64,000 nt of DNA from Octopus vulgaris (taxonomy: Eukaryota): the NCBI GenBank assembly GCA_951406725.2, contig OX597819.1:58280001-58344000 (forward strand), given 5' to 3'. This document shows positions 36,433 through 48,062 of the stretch, one piece after another. The translations under genes were made by a program, and so were the position numbers. The notes under the pieces were generated by a model, which was given only the letters and a program-made list of their open reading frames with translations, searched no databases and was not told the origin of the DNA. Each line of letters starts with the position of its first letter. The stretch's first letter is position 1.

Positions 36433-37986
36433 CTAGCAGAGATATCCAGCATTGCTCAAGATTAAAATGGCATAGTTTGTATATAATATATTACAATTAT
36501 GTTGAAACAGGTGATATAGGAAAGTGCAGCATTGACAACAAAACATTTGTGGAGTCAATGCTGGGCTAATTCAACTAAGCAACATGCTATGCATCCGTTT
36601 GGAGTGTTTCAGGCCCTAACCTGTCATAGAAAATTGGAGGTGGGGGTTATGTGATTTTTGAATGCACCAAAAAGCTGTCAGTGGATATACTCTCCTTTGC
36701 AGCAGTCGACGCTCTGTCTAACACGACTCACCATCTAAAATTTTGACACTTCTGTCGGGCTTGTTGTCCGACAACACTCATAAAGTAAATTTTGAGGAAC
36801 TGCGGTTGTTCATTTGCGGATAACAAGGAACCAATGAGGTGATAGATTTGCCCTTCAACTTTGATGTCGGTATAAATTTATGTTTATCTATCTTCTTAGA
36901 TGCACCAAACGATATCATTTGAAATGCATCCTTTGACTGGATGGAAGTGCCTTCTAGAAGATCCATAAGAGGTTGAGAAGGAGCTGGTAGTGCTGGCAAT
37001 GTTACCTGACCACCTGAGCAGCACATACCATTTGTTTCATTTGAAAATTTTAAAGCTCTACATAAACAAAAATTGGTGTTTAGCACACCAGTTTGGACAG
37101 AGTTATCATTTTTATAAGAATTTTTATAAGAGATTGCTCAGGGCTTGCATTAGGCAAGAAGTTGGAAATATTTTTGACTCATGACACTGCATGGACCTTG
37201 GCTTTTGTATTTGATGACTGTTACTTCAAGTACTTTATTTTGATTTTATGTATCTACCAGGTCTAGCTACCATGTAGAGGTCTCCCTCATTCGCTCATAC
37301 ATACATACATGATCATCATGTATGTATGTATGAGCGAATGAGGGAGACCTCTACATGGTAACTAGATAAGGTAGAAATAGCAGCGAAATCTCCCTCAAAA
37401 CACCCTACTGTCTTAATTCAACAATTTTGCCTATTATGTAGTTTGAATGAAAAACTGTGACTAAAGATTAAGATTATGAACCCCAAAATTTTACGCATTG
37501 TAATAGCAATCAATTTTTTTTTCTGTTTTGCGTAGCTTTTCATGTCAGCTGTAATGGTGAAGAGGGTTAACTTGGATGATGTTAAGTAGTGGAGATGTTT
37601 GGTGATTCTATGTGGTGGTTACTTTTGACTGTTTCTTCTCATAAGGATAATTGATTGATAACAAATCTTAACACAATATATATATATATATATACAACTT
37701 CAAGTGGAATTGGACATCATAAGAGAGACAGCATAGTGATGGTTTTGGTTGAATGTCATCCTGCACTCTCCTTGTTACCAGCGAAATGGAATGTGCTGGC
37801 TGTCTGAGCAACTGGTTGATTTTAATGGCAGAACAAACAGGACAAGAAGATTACAAAAATAGTAATTTCCACCTTGAAAATCTTTTTAGATTATGGAATG
37901 CTTAAAATTTCAGCATGATTGGATGAACAATACTCAAGTTATAAGTGCACAAACAGACAGACAGACAGAACGGATTTTATATATTA

Positions 37987-37989
<3 letters not shown>
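36433..37989 (-). mobile_element. Helitron with RepHel fragment
   Basis: 5' A|TCttaatatataaaa and 3' CTAG|T within (TA)n. ORF 36778..37086 CxxLKFxxExxGMCCSGGQVxLP...AFQMISFGA matches the Helitron RepHel N-terminal Cys-rich region. Confidence 0.85.
37268..37360. repeat. Perfect palindrome, 46-bp arms around a single C (37314)
   Basis: Base-by-base check gave 46/46. It extends to 37253-37375 with 4 mismatches. Confidence 0.95.
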
Positions 37990-38029
<40 letters not shown>

Positions 38030-38200
38030 ATAATCAGATCAGATGGTTCATATTTGTAGATATTTATTTATATATTACATTTTTACATATATATCATATC
38101 ATTCGGATTATAGTGGGTTTCAAATCAAATCAGTTGTGGGTAGTTTGAACCTTTTATAGTTTCGTAGTAGTGGGTGAGGAGGAAGTGAGACAGAGAGAAA

Positions 38201-38256
<56 letters not shown>

Positions 38257-38417
38257 GTGTGTGTGCGCATTTATATCTGAGAGTGAAGAAGTGTTATTTC
38301 CGTATACATATATATATATATATATGTATATACACACACACATACATGTTCATAAATATATACTTGTTTTGCTTGCCTATCTTTCTCTCTCTCCCTCTCC
38401 CCCTCTCTCTATTATTA

Positions 38418-38454
<37 letters not shown>

Positions 38455-39279
38455 GTATGTTATGCTACATAGATAAATATATAAATATACATGCGTATGT
38501 ATGTGTGGTTGTGTATGTGAGTGCCTGTATGTTGACATATGTAACTGTTTTCTATTTGTTTTGCATCATTCATCATATTAAAATCATGAATTGAAACCGC
38601 TTTGTTGTACTTACAGAAAGGTCATTCCGGTAATAAAATGTTTCTGAATGAGAAATCATTCAAAAAGACTCAGTAGCTGACGGACAGTTTCTGGCGAATT
38701 AATCAATAATTAATTTATTGGTTAATAGATTACTTAACAATAAAATCTAAAGTGTATTCCAACCAGTGAGCCTTTGTTTCTGGACTGAATGACTTTCCGA
38801 AAGTACAATAACATATGTATATATAAGTGTACACACGCTTATTTATACATGTGTCAACACATATATATTTGACGAACCCCTCTGGTTACATATGACCATG
38901 GGATTGCACCTAGAATGTTCCCCTCTGAGCACAAGTCTGGGTAGTGTTGTTTATGGAAGACCAGCAGTCGCCCATGCATTCCAGCGTTCCCTCTCGACAC
39001 CACTCATGTTATCCACTGATAAAGGCCGATACAGCTTGGCACCAGTGACATCACAACTCATTTCTACAGCTGACTGAACAGGAGCAATGTGAAATGAAGT
39101 ATCTTGCACAAGAAAGCAATGGACAGCCCAGTCCAGGAATTGAACTCATAATCTCAAGAGTGTAAGCCCAAATCTCTAACCATTGAGCCATGCACCCTCA
39201 CATAAAATAAGTAACAGGCTTATAAAACAAAGCACTGTGGCTGATTCATTTAACTGCATGTATAATACATATATTGCCT

Positions 39280-39870
39280 TTTACCTTTTACCATGTTTCA
39301 GCCATTAGATTGCAGCCATGCTGGAGCACTGCCTTGAAGAGCTTTAGTTAAATGAATCAACCCAGTACGTACATATTTAAAGCCTGGTACTCATTCTATT
39401 GTTCTCTCTTTGTTGAACCTTTAAGTTATGGGGATGTAAGCACACCACCCCGGTTGTCAAGTGGTGGTGGTGGGACAAATAGTCACACACGCACACATAC
39501 ATATGACAGGTTTCTTTCAGTTTCCATCTACTAAATCCACTCACAAGGTCTTGATTGACCTGAAGTTGTGATAGAAGACAGTTACCCAATGTGCCACACT
39601 GTGGGACTGAACTCTGGAACCATGTGGTTGAGAAGCGAACCTCTTATTTCTTTATTGCCCACAAGGGGCTAAACATAGAGAGGACAAACAAGGACAGACA
39701 AAGGGATTAAGTTGATTAGATCGACCCCAGTGTGTAACTGGTACTTAATTTATCGACCCCGAAAGGATGAAAGGCAAAGTCAACTTCGGTGGAATTTGAA
39801 CTCAGAACATAACAGCAGATGAAATACTGCTAAGCATTTCGCTCGGCATGCTACCATTTCTGCCAGCCTA
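39280..39870 (-). mobile_element. SINE B (39280-39640) with adjacent or nested SINE A (39645-39870)
   Basis: Similar to the other copies of both families. Confidence 0.75.
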
Positions 39871-40158
39871 CTGCAAGAGAAGCAAACCTCCTGCCACACA
39901 AAAACATGTGTGTATACCATATATTACATGTGTGTATACCATATATATATGTGTATACCATATATTACATATTTATTACATCATACCTCAATTCTGTGTG
40001 GACTAAGAACCCCGTTGATAGGCCGCTGGTATTTATAGAGTGTTAAACACTTTCAGAATACAAATTAGGGACTCCTTCATAGAGTAACTGCTGCATTTGT
40101 TGAGTATATAAACAGTTTGGCTGCTTGTTTCTCTGGAGACTGTCAGAATGATGTGGAT

Positions 40159-40201
40159 ACCTCTGATGAGAACCCAACAAGGTTCGAAATTTGATTAAGG
40201 T
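40159..40201 (+). ncRNA. Compact hammerhead-ribozyme-like motif
   Basis: acct-CTGATGA-GAACC-caacaa-GGTTC-GAAA-tttgat-TA-aggt: both core boxes, perfect 5-bp stem II, 4-bp stem I, weak stem III. Confidence 0.65.
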
Positions 40202-40562
40202 TGTTCATCATTTTTTCAGTCTGTGGAGAAAGGGCTAAAATTTGTCCTGTTTATAATTATGCCATATGTTACATATAAGTATAAATGGTCATCCTCAAAA
40301 TACCCTATGGAAACTAACATTCTTCTTTAGATTCTTCATTTGTAAAAGCTATTATGTTGGTACTTCCTGTATATCTCTTGCCTACTTGTTGCTATGCACA
40401 AATCCACACATGAGCTGGCTAAATTTCATTTGCATAATGTTCAGAATTAATCATACGCCCGTTTTCACTTCCTGTGAATACGCTAATCTTTGTCCTATAG
40501 TTATTTCCAGAAGAGTATGAATAGAGGAAAAGTGTTCTGGTCATTCTCAGTTTCTGATCATC

Positions 40563-41330
40563 ATGGCCTCAAAAAGGAGCTCAGTGAGGACCTACATCAA
40601 CGTCTTGTGCATGCACACAGTGAAGGAAAGGATTACAAGGCCATTTCAAAGTAGTATGATGTCCCTGTGGCAACCATCCAGGGCATAATCAACAAGCACA
40701 CGAAGTTCAACACTGTTAAAATCCTCAGTGGTCATGGCAGGAAGCATAAGGTGTCTCCCAAACTTGCCAGGAAAATCTTCTGAGAGTTTAACAACAACCC
40801 ACCAGACCACAACCAAGGCCCTAATTGAAATGCTTGACCAAGCAGGGACAAAAGTGTCACGGTCCACCATTGAAAGAGTTCTTGCACAGAGGATGTCTCC
40901 ATGGACATAGGCCTTGGAAGACATTGCCTCTCTGCTTAGGAAGAAAGATCTGGAGGCTTGCCTGGCCTTTGCTAGAGGTCACTGAAGCAAGATCCCAGCT
41001 TTTGGTCAACCATCCTGTGGTTTGATGAGATGAAGTTGGAGTTATTTGGCCATAAGGATGTCTGGAGGAAGAAAGGAGAAGCATACAAGCCGAAGAACAC
41101 TGTGCCCACCATCAAGCATGGCAGTGGAAACATAATGCTATGGAGATGCTTTTCTTCCAGTGGCACATGGTCCAAGGAATCATGAGGAAGGAGGATTACA
41201 TCAGGATCCTTGATGCAAACATGAAGAAATAAAATTCATAAACAAACTTGACAAAATGCATTCATTCATCACAAAAATAAAAAGAAATCACAAAAATTAA
41301 CAAGGGTAAGAATAATTTTGAAGATGACTG
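40563..41330 (+). mobile_element. Decayed, internally deleted Tc1 element
   Basis: KELSEDL...H.EGKDYKAISK..DVPVATIQ paired-like HTH, WFDEMKLELFG and PTIKHGSGNIMLWRCFSS motifs. Right TIR ...gaataattttgaagatgactg|ta. Left end not resolved. Confidence 0.85.
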
Positions 41331-41440
41331 TAGATATACATAAAGCATATTTGTGTGTGTGTGTGTGTGTGTGTAACTATTTGGACTTTGAGTATATGAT
41401 TACTGATATGTCCATTAAAGTTTCCTTCATCATATATGTG

Positions 41441-41485
<45 letters not shown>

Positions 41486-41531
41486 GTTTGTGTATATACA
41501 TACACACACACACATGTATGTGTGTGTGCTT

Positions 41532-41597
<66 letters not shown>

Positions 41598-41919
41598 CAT
41601 ACATATATACATACATACATATGTACGTACATACATGTGTGTATAGAAGTGTGTATATATTCATTTGTGTATGTGAGAGCATAGATGAGAGGAATAGTAA
41701 ATAAATAAGGAGACTGTATGGGTATGTATATGGCTGAGATATAAAAACAGAGTGAATGAGAGTGGGAAGAGAAAGAGAGAGAGAATGAGTGAGAGACAGA
41801 AGGAGGAGGAGGAAGAAGAAGTGAAGGAGAAGGAAGAGGAGGATGTAGAGAGAAATTTGTTTTTCAGTTTGTGTTTACATGGATATATGGCATCAACACA
41901 CAAACAATACATATATATA

Positions 41920-41976
<57 letters not shown>

Positions 41977-42128
41977 GAATTTTGTCAGTGAACAGGTTGT
42001 GGTTTCAAAGTGACAAAAATATTTTGATAAATAAAATTTAAATGTTGAAGTGAAACTAACAGGTTTTGTGTATTTTTAAATGGCTTATAAACACCTTCCA
42101 CGCTGCAATTGTTTTATATATATATATA

Positions 42129-42975
42129 CAGGGTGTGGTAAATAAACTATCACCTAAATTACGCAAATTCGAAAATAACACTGACATCTCATTTTAAGAG
42201 ATATATTTACCAAAATTACATTAAAATATCTTGAAATAGTAAAGAGTAAATCTATTCAATAAAATTCCTATTGGCTTCAACCATGGCCTCCAGATGACTT
42301 TGGAATTTCCTGCAACTCTTCTGGATGGTCTCCTTGTTTAAGTTGGTGAATGCTGCCATAATCCTTGCCTTCAGTTCATCTTTGGTGCTACAAGGAGTTT
42401 TGTTGGTCTCTTGCTCAACTGCACTCCACACATAATAATCAAGGGATTGCAGTCTGGGGAGTTAGGTGGCCAGATGTTAGTAGTGATGTGATCATAGAAA
42501 TTGTCTGACAGCCATGACTGGGCTCTCCTGCATGTATGGCACAGTACAGAGTCCTGTTGCCAGACATAGGGGTCTTCTCACAATCACCGTCTTGAACCAG
42601 GGCAGCACTATCTCCTCCAGGCACTTGATGTAGGCTGCTGTGGGAAGATGAATGGAAGCATGATGACACCATCACTAGCAATCACTCCAAACATCATGAT
42701 GTTGAGTGGATGTTTGATTTTTATCACTCTTGGTACATGTCCTCAGATTGACACCCAAACACTCTGAAACATTTGTATTGGGCTTCCAGCATGAATGTCA
42801 AGCAGTACAGCATGCCGTTTCCAAATTTCTGGCTGAGTGAATTGCATCATGGTGTTGTTTTTCTCAGAGAAGGTGCCCAACTGACCCTGCTATACTGTGT
42901 AGTCAACAAAATCAAAAACAAACAATGCACAAAATAAAAAATATAAAATGACAACAGTTTACCCATTGCACCCTG
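42129..42975 (-). mobile_element. Internally deleted Tc1/mariner-superfamily element (maT/DD37D-like)
   Basis: TA-flanked imperfect TIRs CAGGGTG... / ...CACCCTG. Minus strand encodes WPPNSPDCNPLDYYVWSAVEQETNKTPCSTKDELKARIMAAF...HLEAMVEANRNFIE*. Confidence 0.8.
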
Positions 42976-43729
42976 TATGTGTGTGTGTGTGTGTTTATAT
43001 ATGTATATACGTGTGTGTGTGTGTATATAATTTATATATATTTATATGTATACACACATACACGCACACATACACATACTGAGGGCTTCTTTCAGTTTCT
43101 ATTAATCAAATTCACTCACAAGACTTTTGCCAACCAGGAGCTATAGTAGAAGACATTTGCCCAAGATGCTACAAAGTGGGACTGAACCTGGAGCCATGTG
43201 GCTAGGAAACAAAGTTCTTAACCACACAACCATATCTGCACCTATAAATAATCCTAGACATAAATGGAATTATAACAGAAGATTATGAGACTAAGAAAGG
43301 TTTTGTCTCTTTGAAATATAAATTGCATAAGAAAAATTTTTTGAAATGCTATGAATCGATTCTGTGTCCCTATTCTTTCTATTTCTTGTTTCATTCATTG
43401 CAGGGTTATTGTCTTGAAGGATTTACTCAAACAATTCAACCCCAGTACTTAGTCTTAAAGTCTGGTACTTATTCTACAGGTTTCTTTTGCTGAACCACTA
43501 AGTTACATAGATGTGAACAATCTGTCTACCAAATGTCATTACAAGGCTTTGGTTGGCCTAAGACTATAATAGATGACACCTGCCCAAGGTGTCATGCAGT
43601 GGGACCGAACCCAGAAGTATGTGGTTGGGAAGCAAACTTCTTGCGATACAACCACACCTGCACCATTCAAACAGCAGTAGGGGACAATCACAAATACAAA
43701 GACACACAGACATATATACATAAATGTAT

Positions 43730-44425
43730 GTATGTATGTATGTATGTTATTATTCAGTTTTATTTCAAGACTTCTTGCCAAAAGAGGTAGTTTCTAACCT
43801 AGATCCAAGGCTCCTTCCTTGGAATTTCAACAACATCAACAGGGTATTTTCACATGTGTGTATGTATATATGCAGATTTGTATGATTTGTTTTATGTGTG
43901 TATTCACATATGTATAGTTCCATGTCTAGACATGCTTATATATGTATGTATGCATGTATGACATTATTCTGTTTATTTCTAGATTTCTTGCCAATAGAGA
44001 AGGAAACAGTTTGTAACTGAGAACCAAGGTTCCTTCTTTGGAATTTCAACATCAACAACAGGGTATTTTTGTTTGTATTTGTGTGTGTATGTATTTATGT
44101 ATGTATGTATGTATGTATGTATGTATGTATGTATGTGCAGATTTGTATGTTTTATGTTCTCTCATGCATATAGTTACATATTTAGACATGCTCATATATA
44201 TTTAAATGATAAACTTCTAGAAAGCTTTACAGATTTTTACAGTTCCAGTGATGGATAGGATGTGCAGTCTTCAAATTAGCTTTCTCCTTTCTGGTTTTGA
44301 GAAGCATAATTTTTCAAGATTGGTATTTAGGCAGTGCATTACATATGCCAGGACCCCAACAATTACAGGTATAAACATGAACTTGTAATCCGGATAGAGT
44401 AACTGCAGATTTCTCAATAGTTCAG
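43730..44425 (-). mobile_element. 3' fragment of an RLE-type LINE (R4/Dong-like) with tandemly duplicated 3' UTR
   Basis: ELLRNLQLLYPDYKFMFIPVIVGVLAY...ITGTVKICK resembles an RLE-domain C-terminus. 43745-43960 and 43960-44200 are diverged direct repeats. Confidence 0.6.
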
Positions 44426-44522
44426 TGTGTGTGTGTGTGCGTGTGTATTTATGTATGTATGTCATGGGCTTCCACGCAGTTTCTGTCCACCGAATTCACT
44501 CACAATGCATTGATTGGTCTTA

Positions 44523-44707
44523 AGATATAGTAGAAGACACCTCCCAAGGTGCTGTGCAGTAGGACTGAACCCAAATCCACATGGTTGCAAAGTAGGCTTC
44601 CTGACCATACAGAGAGATATAGTAGAAGACACCTCCCAAGGTGCTGTGCAGTAGGACTGAACCCAAATCCACATGGTTGCAAAGTAGGCTTCCTGACCAT
44701 ACAGAGA
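44523..44707. repeat. Perfect 92-bp tandem duplication inside a SINE B remnant
   Basis: gatatagtagaagacacc...ctgaccatacagaga starts at both 44524 and 44616. Confidence 0.9.
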
Positions 44708-44904
44708 GAGTAATTCTGTCAAGAAGAGCATCAACAATGACCTATTCAGTAGCATATAGTAAAGGTGTACAGTAAACAATTTTGGAGATAAGCCAGTTTA
44801 GACATGTTGTTTTTATGTATTGCAGGTCAAGACACATAAAGCAAACCACAATCATACCAGGCAACAGAAGCAGCAAGTGTTTTTAATTGCTTCAATGCTT
44901 GCAT

Positions 44905-45805
44905 TAAAGGTACCCATGCTGGCAACACATTAAAGGCGCCCATGCTGGTGACATTTTATTGGCCCTCATGCTGGTAACACGTTAAAGGTGCTCGTGCCGG
45001 TGACATGTTTATGGCACCTGTGTTGGTAACACATTAAAGGCGCCCATGCTGGTGAGATTTTAATGCTACCCATGCTGGTAGCACATTCAAGGCACCCATG
45101 CTAGTGACATTTTATTGGTACTTATGCTGGTAACACGTTAAAGGCACCCTTGCCGGTTACATGTTAATGGTACCCATGCTGGTAACATGTTAAACACGGG
45201 TTGGGTAGGTTGCTGATGCTCGTCGATGATCGGCGGCTTTTTGGGTGGTCCTGCAACCACTGCAAGGGAGGCAACATGGTGGTGCACGGGCGGCCGCATC
45301 ACAGTGTGCAGAAACGGTGCGTGACTTGCTCCATCGTGCTTGCTGAGGGCGAGGTGTGTTAGCCCATCACAGTCAGTTAGCCGTGCCTGCACTTTCATGG
45401 AGTGATAGGCCTGGTTGAGAGAAGCGCGTGGGTCCCAGCGCCGGCTGGCTGCGAAGCCACCAGGAGCGGGGCGCTTATCTGCGACCTGCGGACGCCACAC
45501 GCCTACCAGCCCGACAGGAACAGGTTGCAACGACGGATCAGAGGGGAAGTGCATCTGATGCCAGCGTCCCAGAAAACGAGAGCCAACGAGGTGGCAGACA
45601 ACCACCCACAGAACAAGCAACCACCACTGTGGTGACATGTTAATAGCACCCATATTGGTAACACATTAAAGGTGCCCATGCTGGTGACATGTTAATGCCA
45701 CCCATGCTGGTAGCATATTCAAGGCGCCCATGCTAGTGACATTTTATTGGCACTCATGCTGGTAACACATTAAGGGCACCCATGCTGGTGACATGTTAAT
45801 GGCAT
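44905..45805. repeat. ~26-bp minisatellite (GCACCCATGCTGGTGACATGTTAATG)n interrupted by a GC-rich insert at about 45195-45630
   Basis: Units seen directly. The array runs into a SINE C 3' end at 45805-45960. Confidence 0.85.
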
Positions 45806-46019
45806 CCAGTACATTCTGTGGAGTGGTTGACATTAGAAAGGGCACCCAGTTGTAAAAACCAAGCCAAAACAGACAGGGGCCTGGTGCAGTTCTCTGGCTT
45901 ACTAGTTCCAGTCAAACCATCTAACTGATACCAGAATGGAAAACAGACACTAAATGAGGATGCAAGCTATATATACATAAAGAGATAGAAAGACAGAGAG
46001 AGACAGTCAGACAGACATA

Positions 46020-47140
46020 CAGGTGTGACTGAGTAGTTAAGAAGTTTGCCTCTGAACCGCATGATTTCAGGTTCAGTCTCACGGTGTGACACCTCGAGCA
46101 AGTGTCTTGGTTGACCAAACTCTTGTGAGTAGACTGAAACTGAAAGAAGCTCGCTGTATATCATTTATCTTTTACCTGCTTCAGTCATTAGACTGTGGCC
46201 ATGCTGGGGCACTGCCTAGAGGAAACTTTTAGTTGAATGAATTGACCCTAGTACTATTTTGTTTTAAGTCTGGTACTTATTTGAAAGGTCTCTTTTGCCA
46301 AAGCACTAAGTCATGGGGAAGTAAACACACCAATACCAGTTAACAAGCAGTGGTAGGGGAGACACACACATATATGTATATATATATACACAGACACACA
46401 CACACAGGATACTTTCAGTTTTTGTCTACCAAATCCCATCACAAGGCTTTGGTTGGCCTAAGATTATAATAGATAACACCTGCCCAAGGTGCCATGCAGT
46501 GGGACTGAACCCAGAAGTATGTGGTTGGGAAGCAAACTTCTTGCAATACAACCACACCTGCACCTATACATATATATATAATAAGATAATGGTACAACAA
46601 TGCACGAATATTTAATGGAAATAGCAGTCGATAATATACAATGCTATAGTAAAGCTTCACTGTATTTATATACTGGCAAGCATGTGAGTGGGTGACGAAC
46701 ATAAAAAATTTCATCTTATCTGTAGGAAGAACATTAAATAAATGTACAACACAGATGGAGTGGCTGTGTGGTAAGTAGTTTGCTTACCAACCACATGGTT
46801 CTGGGTTCAGTCCCACTGCATGGCACCTTGGGCAAGTGTCTTCTACTATAGCCTTGGACACCGACCAAAGCCTTGTGAGTGGATTTGGTAGACGGAAACT
46901 GAAAAGAAGCCCGTTGTATATATGTATATGTATATATATGTGTATGTGTTTGTCCCACCCAACATCGCTTACCAACCGATGCTGGTGTGTTTATATCCCT
47001 GTAACTTAGTGGTTCGGCAAAAGAGACCGATAGAATAAGTACTAGGCTTACAAAGAATAAATCCTGGGGTCGATTTGCTCGACTAAAGGCGGTGCTCCAG
47101 CATGGCTGCAGTCAAATGACAGAAACAAGTAAAAGAGTAA
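46020..47140. mobile_element. Cluster of SINE B copies in alternating orientation (46020-46160 +, 46165-46565 -, 46755-47140 +)
   Basis: Similar to the other family B copies. Confidence 0.8.
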
Positions 47141-47340
47141 GAGATGTGGATAATCTAGGACCTAGGTTTCAAACTTTCCAAATTACGTTTGTTAACGTAA
47201 AATTGATTAGTTGTCATTGGTTAGATTCACATAGACAAAAACCTCAAATGTCGCTACATCAATGCCAGTATATACTCATCTGAGACTTTAACCTGATGGT
47301 GCTTCGTTTTACTGGGAAGCAATACTACTGTATTGCACAC

Positions 47341-48062
47341 ATCATTTAATGTCCGTTTTCCATGCTAGCATGGGTTGGACGATTTAACTGAGGTCTGGTG
47401 AACCAGATGGCTGCACCAGACTCCAATCTGATCTGGCAGAGTTGCTCTATCTGGATGCCCTTCCTAATGCTAACCACTCTGAGAGTGTAGTGGGTGCTTT
47501 TACGTGCCAACGGCACGAGGGCCAGTCAGGTGGTACTGGCAACAGCCACGCTCAAATCGTGCTTTTTATGTGCCACCTGTACAGGAGCCAGTCCGGCAGC
47601 ACTGGCAACAACCTCTCTGATATATATATATATCATCATCATCATCAATATCACCATCCGTTAACGTCTGTTGCCCATTCTGGCATGGGTAATGGGTTGG
47701 ACAGCCTGACCAGAGCTGGCAAGCCAGTGGGGCTGCATTAGACTCCATTCTGATTTGGGATGGTTTCTATGGCTGGATGCCTTTCCTAACCACTTTATAG
47801 AGTGTGCTGGGTCCTTTTACGTGTCACGTAAAAACACCTTTGAGAGTGTTCATTGCCAGAACCAATTGACTGGCCCTCATGCCAGTGACATGTGAAAAGC
47901 ACTCACTACACTCTCGGAGTGGTTGGCGTTAGGAAGGGCATCCACCTGTAGAAACTTTGCCAGCTCAGATAGGAACCTGGTACAGCCTTCTGGCTCGCCA
48001 GTCCTCAGTCAAACCGTCCAACCCATGCCAGCATGGAACATGGACGTTAAACGATGATGATG
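47341..48062. mobile_element. Oppositely oriented SINE C copies (47341-47610 - and 47867-48062 +), with a further partial copy between
   Basis: 47341-47528 is an approximate reverse complement of 47867-48056. Confidence 0.8.

Noticed and set aside
44905-45805. Possible CRISPR-like repeat array with a 'spacer'
   Set aside because: Degenerate tandem units without regular unique spacers. The single GC-rich insert is reported separately.
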